64,000 nt of DNA from Torpedo marmorata (lineage: Eukaryota). The notes beneath the pieces were generated by a model. The model saw nothing but the letters and a program-made list of their open reading frames with translations, was not told the DNA's origin and did no database searches. The stretch is from positions 8,184,001-8,248,000 of the forward strand of contig OZ360231.1 in the NCBI GenBank assembly GCA_977017645.1. The letters are read 5' to 3'. Each line of letters starts with the position of its first letter. The stretch's first letter is position 1. The position numbers were made by a program, and so were the translations under genes. Positions 1 through 11,684 of the stretch are shown here, piece by piece.

Positions 1-567
1 ATTGAAAACTACCGAGCATTTATTATCTTATGTATTTGTATCTTTTAATTTAATTCAATTAGTTGACTATTATAGTTTTTCTTAATTAATTCCTGTTCAG
101 CTGCAAGAATTATGTACATATCTACAATGTTTATGACAATAAATTCATCATTATCATAGTGAAAGCACTGTATAGAATGGATGTGGAGATGTTTGCAGAA
201 GTGGGAGAGTCTAGGACCAGAGGGTACAGCTACAGAATAAAAGGATGTCCCATTAGAAAAGAGATGAGGAGAAGTTTCTTCAGCCAGAGGGTGGCGAATC
301 TGTGGAATTCGTTGCCACAGACTGTTGTAAAAGCCAGGTCATTGGGAAGATTTATAGTGGAGGTTGACAGGTTCTTTAAAGTTCAGATTTATTGTCAGAG
401 TACTACATACATGCCATCACATACAACTCTGAGATTCTTTTTCCTGCGGGCCAGGCAGAATTTCTACTTATCAGCAACTGTAAACAAGAAGAAACATATG
501 TGTACAAAAGAGAGAAATGTAAACAAAGAAAGAAATGTAAACAAACTGTGCAATACAGAAATAAATA

Positions 568-775
568 CAGGTATACCCCGCTTTACGAAACTAGAGTGTT
601 CCTATGAAACCTTTCGTAAGCCGAAATGGCATAAAGCAAAGACCCATTCACTACTATTGAAGGCTATTTTCGTAAAAGCGAAAACCCATTAAAATCCTTT
701 CGTAAAAGCGAACACAGGTTTCTTCGTAAAAGCAAATTTTTGTAAAGTGAGTATTCGTAAAACAGGATATACCTG
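568..775. mobile_element. Tc1/mariner (Tigger/pogo-like) MITE, 208 bp
   Basis: TIRs CAGGTATACCCCGCTTTACGAA and TTCGTAAAACAGGATATACCTG, flanked by TA (566-567, 776-777). Internal TTCGTAAAAGC repeats. Confidence 0.88.
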
Positions 776-864
776 TATTCAATAATAAATAATGTGCAAA
801 GTAAGAGTCCTTAAATGAGTCTCTGATTGAGTTTGTTGTTGAGGAGTCTGATGGTGGAGGGGTA

Positions 865-1016
865 GCAGCTGTTCCTGAACCTGGTGGTGTGAGTCTTGTG
901 GCACCTATACCTCTTTCCTGATGGCAGTAGCGAGAACAGAGCAGCTGTTCCTGAACCTGGTGGTGTGAGTCTTGTGGCACCTATACCTCTTTCCTGATGG
1001 CAGTAGCGAGAACAGA
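865..1016. repeat. Perfect tandem duplication, 2 x 76 bp, inside the Rex1/Babar copy
   Basis: 865-940 is identical to 941-1016. The paralogue near 56327-56400 has a single unit. Confidence 0.92.
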
Positions 1017-1830
1017 GCATGTCCTGGGTGGTGTGAATCCTTTATGATTACTGCTGCTCTCCGACGGCAGCCTTTCATGTAGATTTTCTTGATGGTGGGA
1101 GAGTTTTGCCTGTGATGTACTGCACTGTGTTCACTATCATTTGCAGGGCTTTCCGCTCAGAGGTATTGGTGGCCCCTTACCAGGCCGTGACACAGTCGGT
1201 CAGCACACTTTCCACTACACATCTGTAGAAGTTTGCCAGGGTTTTTGATGTCATTCCAAACCTCCGCAAACTCCTGAGAAAGTAGAGGTGCTGACATGCT
1301 TTCTTCACAATGATATTCGTTTATTGGGTCCAGGAAAGGTCCTCCGAGATAGTGACTCCTAGGAATTTAAATTTGCTCACCCCCTCCACCTCTGATCCAC
1401 CAATGATTGTTGAATTGTACACCTCTGGTTTTCCCTTCCTAAAATCCACAATCAGTTCCTTGGTTTTGGTGACATGGAATGCGAGGTTGTTGTTAGTACA
1501 CCATTCAGCCAAGTTTTCAATCTCCTTCCTGTACGCTGACTCATCGCACTTTTATTCAACCCACTACCATAGTATCATCAGCAAATTTGTAGATGGTGTT
1601 ATTGTAGTACCGAGCTTGTTTAGTAAGGATATCAAAGGTTAGGGGAGCAGGCAACAGACTGGGCTTGAGAGGAAAAATACATCAGTCATGATTCAAATGG
1701 CAAAGCAGAATCGATTGGCTGAATTGCCTAATTCTGTTCCAACATCTTATAGTCACCATTGCCACTGGCCTTTATGCCATCTCATTACACCATTATGTAC
1801 AATCTAGAAAATGTAGTTAATAAGGAGATA

Positions 1831-2749
1831 TTAATGTTATAATTGATGAAAAAAGATGGTCGAATTTATGTCAAGATAGTATGACTAATATTATTAATGT
1901 AAGATATAGATTAGTACAGTATAATTTTTTACATCAACTATATCTTACACCACAAAAATTGAATAAGATAATATCTACATTATCAAATAAGTGTTTTAGA
2001 TGTGGTGAAGAGGAGGGAACCTTTCTACATTCAACATGGTTATGCCCTAAAGTAAAATGTTTTTGGATAGAGTTAGGGAACCAGTTAAAACAAATTACAG
2101 GTGTTACATTTCCACAGAATCCTGATTTATTTTTATTAGGGAATGTGGAAGGAACTAGACCAAAGTTGAAGTTATCTACATATCAATTGAAATTTGTAAA
2201 AATTGCTTTAGCAGTAGCAAGGAAGTGTATAGCAGTAACTTGTAAATCAGATACAAATTTAGGCATGGATAGATGGAATATAGAGATGTGGAGTTGTATT
2301 CCATTGGAAAAAATAACATATGAGAAACAAATATGGGATATTTTTGCAAATTTGGCGTCCAGATATCCAATCATCATGTCTGAACATTTAAATGTGTTGC
2401 TCTACATCCTAGACCCTGTTGACTCTCTCAAATTTAAAGAATAAATATTGTTGAATGCCACGCGTCGAATCGTGGACCCAGCAGCGATCCGTGCAGATGT
2501 TTTTTTTTAATAAGTAATACCAATGCCTTCCTTTCTGTTCTTTTCTTTTAGTTTTTAGTAAGGGGAGGGAATTAAAGGGAGAGGAAGGGTGGAGGGTGGG
2601 GTAGCAGTATTATAGAGGGTGGGTTAAGTGATGGGTTAGATACACTGTAATACAAACTATGTTTTTTATTTACTGGAATTAATAATGTATATTACCTATG
2701 TTGTACTACTGTGAGAAAATTCAAATTTTAAAATAAAATATTTTTAAAA
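1831..2749 (+). mobile_element. L1/Tx1-clade LINE 3' fragment (divergent subfamily)
   Basis: ORF 1881..2444 has the CFRC...GTFLHSTWLCP zinc knuckle. G-rich 3' UTR, AATAAA and A tail. TSD aaggagata (1822-1830, 2750-2758). Confidence 0.88.
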
Positions 2750-2954
2750 AAGGAGATACTGAGATAAGGAGCCAAAGTCTGATGCCCACAGTCACTCAAC
2801 TACCATCAAGAGCCCAGGGAAAAGGAACAGAAGTGACTGTGGACAACAATGCTAAATACGTGTTACCTAGTGAAAGGCAGATTTATGCAGTGACCAACAC
2901 TATGGTACATACAATGAACAGAACAAGGCTGTCAAGAGATGATTTACAAATAAA

Positions 2955-3700
2955 AACTACAAATGCTGAAAATCTGAAGTAAAAAAATAGAAAATGTTGG
3001 AAACACTTAGCAGGTTAGGCAGCATCTGTCGTAAGAGAAACAGATTTAACATTTCAGGTAAAAGATCCTTGTTCAGAGCTTGGAAAGAGGGAAAAGAACT
3101 TAGTATTAAATACAGGGAGAGTTGGGGCACATGGAAAGGACAAAGGGAATATCTCTGATACAGTGGTGTTAGGGTTACCCTGAGGATAAGCTGCAGACAA
3201 ACTCATCTGATCAGTGTGTTAATGACAGCAGTCAGGGAGAGAGAACATGCTTCTTTGTTCATAAGAAGCTATGTAATGAAGATATCTGGAGCACAAGGAC
3301 ACAGACAAAATGTAAAAATTGCCAAGTACAGGGCTGCTGGACATGCCTAGCAGGTCACACTGTGCTAATGGAGAATGAAAAACTCAATCAATACCAAATA
3401 AATGACCTGGTCTCTTCTGATAGCAACAGGGAAAGCACGTTACCTGAAGTTGTTGAATTCAATGTCGAGTGCAGAAGGTGGGGTACCGTTCCACAAGCCT
3501 GCACTGGATTTCTTTACCACAATGCAGGAAGGTACAGGCAAACAGGTTAGAGTGACAGTGTCACACCAAGGGAGTGCATGCTGCTTTTTGGAAGTTTTGC
3601 CTTTCAAGTGAAATGTCAAACTAATGACCATCTAATCTTGATGCTCCAAACAAGCCTCCACAATTCAACCTCTAGGGGCATGGATCAAGTGCTATTAAAC
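2955..3700. mobile_element. Decayed Penelope-like fragments in both orientations
   Basis: cagcaggttaggcagcatctgt tail (minus) similar to 54500-54570. cctttcaagtgaaa at 3601 resembles 53920. Confidence 0.5.
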
Positions 3701-3716
3701 AGGATTAGGTATGGAT

Positions 3717-4247
3717 TGATATTTTTATTTGGAGATATTAAAAGAATTAGTATTATGACAAAATTAAATATGTATCAAATAGAGTTTTTGAGAATTGCTC
3801 TAGCTGTTGCTAAAAAATGCATTGCTATTACTTGGAAATCTGATGTAGATTTAGGTTTAGAAAGGTGGCATGCAGAACTTCGTTCATGTATACCACTTGA
3901 AAAAATTACTTATAATTTACGTAATAAATATCATTTCTTTTTGAAAACATGGAGCCCATACATAAAAGCGGTTGGTTTAAGAATTTGAAGATCTCCAGAG
4001 ATCAGATCAGACTGGTGAACCTAATTTCCACAATAGATTTAGTTGATAGTTGTTCTTTTTTCTAGATTGACATTCTCCTTATTCTATCTTTTTCTTTCTT
4101 TTATTTTATAGATTAGTGGGGGTGGGAGGGTTAGGGTGGGGAGGGTGGTTGGGGGGGAGAAAATGTATCACATGTATTTTGATAATTTTATATTTTGCCT
4201 TATGTATTTTGTGATTTAAAAATTTTAAATAAAATATTAAAAAAAAA
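3717..4247 (+). mobile_element. L1/Tx1-clade LINE 3' fragment (main subfamily)
   Basis: IFLFGDIK...CIPLEKITYNLR C-terminus and A tail. 16-bp TSD aggattaggtatggat (3701-3716, 4248-4263). Confidence 0.93.
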
Positions 4248-6902
4248 AGGATTAGGTATGGATGAATGGACAATGTGGGACAAAGGGCCCATATCTTTGT
4301 TCTATGATGCCACGACTCCATGGTAAACCCTGGAGAGAGTGCAATGTGCTCCTTATCTTGATAGTTACCTTTTTCTAACAGGACACATCAACAATATTGT
4401 TCGTGCTAATGCCTCCTTTGGAAATTTTCCAATAAACTTTGCCAACTATGACCAATGGAATTACATTAAAATCTAGGTGTATAGCTCAATTTTCTTCGCA
4501 ATGTGAAACATGAGTGACTCACTGACATCAGCAGTAGAGCTTGGAGAGGTACTCTGAAGATACTTCGGTGGAATCCTCTGCTTTGAGAAGATCACTGCAC
4601 TAAATATGTTCTTGCCAAAACCAATATCCCCAGTAATTAAGGCAATAATTCTGAACATTATCTCCAGTGGAATGGATACATGTCTGACTTTCGACTCTCC
4701 AAACAAGTTTATAATCCTAACTCAATCATGCCCAGACAATCCACAGCAGTCAAAGCAAATGTAACAAAAATGCACTGAAGGCATACCTCAATAAGCTGTA
4801 CCTCCACATGCTGGGAAACACTGGCCACCAAATGATGTGAATGGAGTTAAAATGTCCATCAAGTCTGCGTCATAGAAAGCCTTCTCACTCTAGAAAAGGA
4901 AGAAAATGTATAAAGGGAAACGGTTCATAGCTCGTATGCAGTGCTTCCACTTGGAAATGTCTGCAATGTGCAGAAGGATCTTTAGTTGGAGGAGCAGATT
5001 AAATTATTCAAATGCAAATGACTTTCAGTTACATTTCCCACACAATGCTTTCAGTAAAAATGAAGATAAAATTAAAGTCAACAAATAAAAATGTGCCTAA
5101 ATAACTCACGAGAATTGTTGCAGGAGGAATGCAATATGAAGGAGACAGAGGTTTGTCCAGTAGCTGCAATACTCCTTGCTCACATGATATTTCTCTAGTT
5201 TACTGAATATATTAGTAAGAGAGGCAGTTCAGTAAAAAGTAGTAAAATTAGTAGCATTATATATAATGTTATAGTTTCTAAAAAGATGTAGTAACCGTAT
5301 TTGGCAATCAGGTTCACTCAACAAAAACTCAGAATTTACAGTTAACTGGTCGGGAAAATATGTAGTACATTTCATATCTTCAGAACATCTCAATGCAATT
5401 TATCACCGCAGATATACAGTATTTTGTTTGGAAAGTGCCAAGCTTTGTAATATCGGAAAGATTTAGTAATGTGTAATGTTTATAAGAAGTTCAAAACTAC
5501 AAATTTTCGACATCCACCACAGTGTAATTATTAAAATATATATACCGGTAGTTACCGGTATATTACAAAGTACTTAATTTCACACAGAAATAAAAAACAG
5601 CAATCTTGAATCAAAATTTACATTAATCAAATGTAAAATAAAATTCAGAAAACAACATTGAATTGAATACAGCTTAACATTAGACAGCTTTAAGAATCAA
5701 TACTTTTTTGATTTTGCAACAAACAAAATACAGCTATGCAAATTAATGATACAAGGTTAATTTGGTTAATCAAAACCAGCAGAAGTGAGCCTGTAATGAC
5801 TTTTAAATTACATGTACATATTTTTACACTAATACCACTTTTATTGATCATTACACAATCAAAACTGAAGCATCAGGTCTCCAAAAACATGAAATCATTA
5901 TTTGGAATATCTACTATTTCATGACTGGCATTTTTATTGCTATTTCTTTAGTTTTGAAGCTGATAAGTCAAAACCAAAATAAAATAATACAGCAACAGTC
6001 TTACAGCAGAGACATGAATATGTCTTCACAACATTCCTGTGCTCATAAATAGGACAAGACCCACAAACCAGAAAAGCAGCTGTAAGGATGATTTACTGTG
6101 GATGGATGATCCTGTAATTGGCTGGAAAACCTGCAACCTCCATCAATGGTGCATTACAGCCTTATGCCAGGAGTGCAAAAATAAAGTATACATTATATTT
6201 GAATGGAGCATGCTAGAAACACTAATCTTTTGACTGCTATAAGAAAAGAGAAACAGATCTATAATGCTTACTCTGTTTCCTTTTCCATAGATGTTGCCTG
6301 ATCTGAGGGTTTCAAGCATTTTCTGTTTTTATTTACCAGCATCTGCAGCTTTTTGATTTAATGTCATTACATATAATTTAATGTCATTATTTTTAATCAC
6401 AATTACTTCATTCATTTATCTTATCCTCTTCCAAATAATTGGTACTGATTCTGACAAACAAGAGATTCCTAGATCAGTGATTGTCACAAGATTATTTGAC
6501 TGTGGTGTAAGTGTAAGCCATTCATTCTTCCCCCAGCACCCCCAACTCACATGCACTTTCTACTATAACCACTGGTTAGCTCACAGGAGTGGAAAAACAA
6601 CTTTCAACAATTAAATCACGCAACATATCTCAAAGCAGAAATCAAAACTGGAGCCTACTGCTGTGTATTACTGAGTACAATGACCTTGTAGGGCTTTCAG
6701 TCCCATATAATAAAGGTAATCTTTCTGTGTACAGTCTTTAAAATCATAGAAATCATATGATAACCACAAGATCCATAGATTCAATTAGTTTCAACATTCA
6801 AATTTGAAAATAAAAGTCCTGGTGCAGGATAATAAAGTTACATACAAATATAACGATTAATTGTCCAACCAAAATTTAAGAAAACTGAGATATGCAGAAT
6901 CA

Positions 6903-6908
6903 TTTATT
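6903..6908 (-). promoter_or_regulatory. Candidate polyadenylation signal (AATAAA) for SETDB2
   Basis: tttatt on the + strand about 125 nt past the stop. The AT-rich context makes a chance match possible. Confidence 0.4.
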
Positions 6909-7030
6909 TCTGACATACAAGATTACATTCTTATTTCTGTTCCCTGTGATTAAAGGTAGCTTTGTTGGTAGAACTTAGAAAATTACGTCTCCATTTTCAA
7001 AATCTGTAATGACGAAGCTAGGTGAAGGCA

Positions 7031-7148
7031 TCACACTATAATATTCCTGCATTTGATGGATCCACAAAAACATGGAATTTCTTCTTCAGGTATGGTCCCC
7101 ACTGAGTAATTGTAGTCCCATGTCAACTCTGATCCTGCTTTAATATGC
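7031..7148 (-). CDS. SETDB2: SETDB2 last coding exon (118 nt incl. TGA): HIKAGSELTWDYNYSVGTIPEEEIPCFCGSIKCRNIIV*
   Basis: ELTWDY and post-SET CxCxxxxC. Acceptor tgtttttgttag. Confidence 0.96.
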
Positions 7149-7419
7149 CTAACAAAAACAGGAACACAGAATAAGTCTTTCAAATAAGGAACTTTGTTAA
7201 AACTGCTTTCAAACAACTGCAATTAATAGACAATTGCACATGATAAGGATCAAACACATGAATAAATATGGTTTGTACTATACTTATTAAACAAGTCCAG
7301 TTCAATATTGGTGTGTAACAAGTGAATGAATCCTGTGTCAGCTGTTTTTCAAAATTCTAATTAAAAATATTACATTTATCAAATAAATATTTTGTATTTG
7401 TCTGTTAATATTCACTTAC

Positions 7420-7508
7420 CTATTGGTAAAAAATGCCACCCAGGGGAAATTCTTATTGTGAGTATCCACAAAAACACTTTGCACCATGAGATTTGGATCA
7501 CAGCTGTG
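7420..7508 (-). CDS. SETDB2: SETDB2 coding exon K (89 nt, phase 0-2): [30 protein letters not shown]
   Basis: Completes the NHSCxPN motif. Acceptor gcttacag, donor gtaagt. Confidence 0.96.
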
Positions 7509-7885
7509 CTGTAAGCAAACAGATTATGAATACAAGATCAGAATGCACAAAAATAATATTTCATGGAACATAAGAAATTGTAAGATGACAAAATACAAGT
7601 TCTGTAACGTGACCAGGAACCAGGACCAATACAGTCAATGTATTGGAAAAGAGATGAAGACGAGTGCCCAGAGTGCGCCTGAAATAAGGACTGTTCTACG
7701 TATCCCAAAGAGAGTCAAACACAACTTGGATCTATGCAGGATCCCTGAACTATACCTTTGATTTGGAGGATGTGAGCAGGAGACGTTATTCAATGTGAAA
7801 ATGAGTTCAGTCAGGAAAGGATGGGATGAAGGTGAACTGAATGAGCCCTCAGAAACAGTGGCAAGCCTTTAGATCAAGAATTATG

Positions 7886-8629
7886 TTTTAGATGTAATAG
7901 AGGAAGGTTCTACATGGTTTTGTCCAAAGATATATGATTTTTGGTTGAAAGTTAAAAACTTTTTAGATAAAGTATTAAATATTACACTTCCATTGAACCC
8001 TATGATATTTTTGTTTGGAGATATTAAAAGAATTAGTATTAAGATGAAATTAAATATGTATCAAATAGAATTTTTGCGAATCGCTTTAGCTGTTTCTAAG
8101 AAATGTATTGCTATTACGTGGAAATCTGATGTAGATTTAGGGTTAGAGAGATGGCATGCAGAACTTCGTTCATGTATACCACTTGAAAAAATTACTTATA
8201 ATTTACGTAATAAATACCATTTCTTTTTGAAAATATGGAACCCATATATAAAAGCTGTTGGTTTAAGGATTTGAAGATCTCTGGACATCGGATCTGACTG
8301 GCGAACTATCCTCCACAATAAAATCAGTTTATAGATGTACTTTTTAGACTGACATTCTCCTTACTCTATTTTTTTCTTTCTTTTTTAAAATTATTTTAGT
8401 AGATTAGTATGGGCTCCCCGTGCTTTCGGCGTGGTTGTCGGCTGGGCCGTACAGTGTACTGTGCGACTCAACTGCACCTCATCGGTGAGCCGGTGTGAGT
8501 CAGGGGGGTGGGAGGGTTAGGGAGGGGAGGGAGGGAGGGGGGTGAAAATGTATCACATGTATTTTGATAATTTTATACTTTAATTTATATACTTCGTGAT
8601 TTAAAATTTTAAATAAAATATTTAAAAAA
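7886..8629 (+). mobile_element. L1/Tx1-clade LINE 3' fragment carrying an extra 94-bp GC-rich segment in its 3' UTR
   Basis: ORF 7945..8274, A tail, short TSD aattatg (7879-7885, 8630-8636). Confidence 0.9.
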
Positions 8630-9299
8630 AATTATGGGATGGAGGGAAATACAGCAAGTTGATCTGCACAAATGAAGTGGATGAGCTACAAAAGTTATAT
8701 AAACATAAGATTATCCACATTGGAACAGCCAATCTTAATTCTAGCATTCTATAAATGAAAGCCGAACATAAAGAAATAGGAATGGGAAAATTCCAATCCA
8801 TGAAAATTCATTAAAATGTGAATGATGAGAGACTGACCAGCCATGAACAGCTTCTCCTTGATCTAAATTTCAGAAGTGTTTCTGTCAAAAGTTTAGCCCT
8901 AAACTCGGCAGTGACAAAACTCTCCAAATATTTGACACCATCTATATAGTGAGCCAAATGAAAAATATATCCATTTATCTAAGAAAAATATTAACCGACA
9001 AGGCCGGTTTTAAGGGTAAATGCAACAAGATAGTTTTTTTAGGAAAAAAAAGTGGGATATATCAGGAATACCAAAATTTTGACATCCTGGCAACAAACAA
9101 GGAGTTTGAAACCCAATTTCTACTGGTGGAGAACAGGTGCTGAGAGAGCAAAGAACGCAGCTACTGGAACATGAAATTCTCATACCAAGTGAAAAAAATT
9201 GGAAGCAGTAAATGAACAACACACCAGTCTTATTTGTCACCCTTAAACTGCCCCACTAATAATTCAATCTCAGAGCAACATTCGCCTGAATCCAGCAGA

Positions 9300-9490
9300 G
9301 ACATTCCCTTTGTCTTATCCATCCGCTGCTTTCTCTGCAATTTGAAGCTAATTTTATTCTGTCTTTCCAGGTTCTGATAAAGGGCCTTCAACCTAAACCA
9401 CTAACTCAGTTTCTCTCTCCACAGATGTTGCCTGACTTGCTGAGTGCACGCAGCATTTTCTGTTTTTGTGTTAATTTCCAGCATTTGTTG
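9300..9490 (+). mobile_element. Decayed Penelope-like 3' repeat
   Basis: ctgataaagggccttcaacct...cacagatgttgcctgacttgctgagt...cagcattttctg, similar to 54445-54545. Confidence 0.6.
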
Positions 9491-9707
9491 TTTTTTTTAA
9501 AAAGTTTTAAACAATTAAAACTATTTAAGTGAAGGAATATGTTAAATTTTCCATTAGAGTTCATTGCTCATTTTCCCTTTGCCTCTTTGGTCATAATATA
9601 CATCACCTACTTTTACAGTAAAGGGAAATTCATAAAACTTGCAAAGAAATATAAGAAAGCTGACAAATATTTTACAGTTATTACTTCCTGCAATATTGGT
9701 TACTTAC

Positions 9708-9997
9708 GTTAAGAAAACGTCCTATGTTTCCTTCTTCCATAGCATCCAAAAAGTAATAGCAATCCCTTAGGTCATCACCTTCCCAGAATCTGTGTAATTT
9801 TGGCACCAGTTCCTTGTGATCGTTACTTTGGACCAATTTGTTTCCTCTCTTTGTATTTTCATTGTCTGTTTTATTTTCTTGTTTTTCTGTTTCTTGTTGT
9901 ATTTGTTGAGACAACAATGAACTCTCAAAAATGTTTCCTCTGAAAGGGACAGAATGGCTTTTCCCATAATCAATGCTGTTTCTGTTTTCTGAAACTC
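9708..9997 (-). CDS. SETDB2: SETDB2 coding exon J (290 nt, phase 1-0): ...CYYFLDAMEEGNIGRFLN
   Basis: Lies inside ORF 9681..10037 and carries the SET-C motif LDA..EGN.GRFLN. Acceptor ttttatag, donor gtaagt. Confidence 0.92.
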
Positions 9998-10749
9998 CTA
10001 TAAAATTTAAAATGTATACAATTTGTAAGTCAGGCAAATTTCTAATGTTACACTTAAACTATCAGCTAGGGCATATTTAGTTGCGATCGTAGCTGCACCG
10101 AGGTCAACTTCAATACCTGTTCAGTGGTCACCTGAAAACAAAAGCAAAATGTTTCACAGTACATCTATAAGGATACAGAGAAAGGAAATGGTTTCAAGGA
10201 GAAGACAGAGTTTCATCTTCATAATAACTATGTGGTGATACTGACACAAGCCAAAGTAGATTGGTGAGAATGAGGTTGGAGTTTTACTCCGTGTATTGGT
10301 TTCAATACATCTATTCGAAGTCCAGTCTGCCAGCTATACCATTTCAGTGTTATGATGACATGGAGGCCTCTACCCAGAGTAAATTTCACGCCTTTGATAC
10401 CCTTAATTCTCTTATGTGGTGCTTAAGTGAGTCGCGCTACTCATCAACTGACACATTACATTAGGTGGTTACCCATGACTGTTGACTGATATGAAATGCC
10501 AGTCTATACCAAAGACTCCCTAGACTACTTGTTTCCAAGTGTGTACTACTGTGTCACCATAATGCTGGGTCCATGTTCATTTGCTGTTAATGGACAAGTC
10601 TGAGGTGTTGATAAGATCTTTATTTCAATTCTAATGCACCCCTGGATGTTTATGAGGAGGATATTGGAGGGTTTATCATACTGGTGGCATCTCTTGTCAT
10701 TTCAAATTTTGACATTCTGGTCATTCCTTTTTATTATTGTCATGCTATT

Positions 10750-10990
10750 TTGCAACTGTTTCAGAGGGCGGCTGAGAATCAACCTCAATGTTATAGGTCT
10801 GGAGCCAGAGGTAATAATGGGAAGTTTACTTCTTTAAAAGACATCAATGAACCAGTTTGTTTAAATGTCAATCCAACAATCTCAAGGACACCATGAAGCT
10901 CTTGACATTAATTTTTTAATTTTAAAATAAACTATATTCAAATTCATCATATGCTGGGATTTTAACTAGCAAATTATTCGTCCTGTAATA
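10750..10990 (-). mobile_element. Old SINE fragment, LF-SINE/L2-tail-like
   Basis: ggtctggag...aaagacatcaatgaaccag resembles, from memory, the reverse complement of the LF-SINE-like core. Heavily diverged. Confidence 0.35.
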
Positions 10991-11684
10991 TAACCACCAT
11001 CCCATCTCCTAACTTGCACACAGTTAAGGGATTACATAAATAGGTAAAAGCAAATCACAGCCAAGTTGGGGGGAAGACGATGTGACATTGAATAACTTGG
11101 TTCTGGCAAGCTTGGAATGCAAAGCATTGCACATTGCTCCTCTAACGACGGGATGTGGTTAAGGATTACAATAATGAAAGAGGCTGTATGCTGTAATTTG
11201 TTTAAAAAACTCATGTGGTTAATGTCATACAGAAAGCATGCAGAGAAAATGGCAAACAATCTTTTGAGCTGGTGCATGCATCTTTATTCTTGAGAATAGA
11301 CTTCCTGTGCCCTGCACATCTAGTTCAGATGCAGTAGGCGAAGAACCTGCCAAAACATTTTGATCCGAGTAACAACAATGGATAAGAACTGCACGGTGTA
11401 TGGAATTGATAATTAACACTGGAACCAAACAAACAGTCTGAAATTGGTCATTATTACTGAAATCAGTTTACTACGGCGACTGTGAAGAAAGGTCATAAAC
11501 TGAAATGTTAACTTTCTCTTCATGGATGCTGCCTAATTTTGATCTCTCTCACAAAAGGTTATGAAAGCCAAGTCACTTAATACTTTTGAGAAGATGGACT
11601 TCTTACACAAAAGTCAGTTGTACTGAATGCCAAAGCAGACTCAAAAGGATTGAATAATTCTCCTGCTCCTTTCTTCTACGTTCT

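Larger units (their letters stand above)
378..1616 (-). mobile_element. Rex1/Babar-type LINE, 5'-truncated and decayed
   Basis: Peptides WCTNNNLAFHVTKTKELIVDFRK, FKFLGVTISEDLSW and [12 protein letters not shown]. The 3' UTR matches the copy at 56046. Confidence 0.85.
150..1750 (+). mobile_element. CR1-type LINE 3' end, split (about 150-377 and about 1617-1750) by a Rex1/Babar insertion
   Basis: ORF start reads ESRTRGYSYRIKG...RRSFFSQRVANLWNSLPQ (CR1 C-terminus). The sequence resumes at 1617 and ends in a CR1-like tail. Confidence 0.8.

Noticed and set aside
4473-4706. 77-aa minus-strand ORF as a PHF11 exon
   Set aside because: No PHD-type Cys/His pattern and no clear splice sites at its ends.
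8409-8502. Hammerhead reading of the minus strand (CCGATGA...GAAA)
   Set aside because: The core has C at the U4 position and I could not build stem I or stem III around a cleavage triplet.
10117-10131. 15-nt micro-exon-like segment on the minus strand (ttttcag|GTGACCACTGAACAG|gtattg)
   Set aside because: In the required phase 1 it reads GT GAC CAC TGA (stop). It could only be a poison exon and nothing else supports it.
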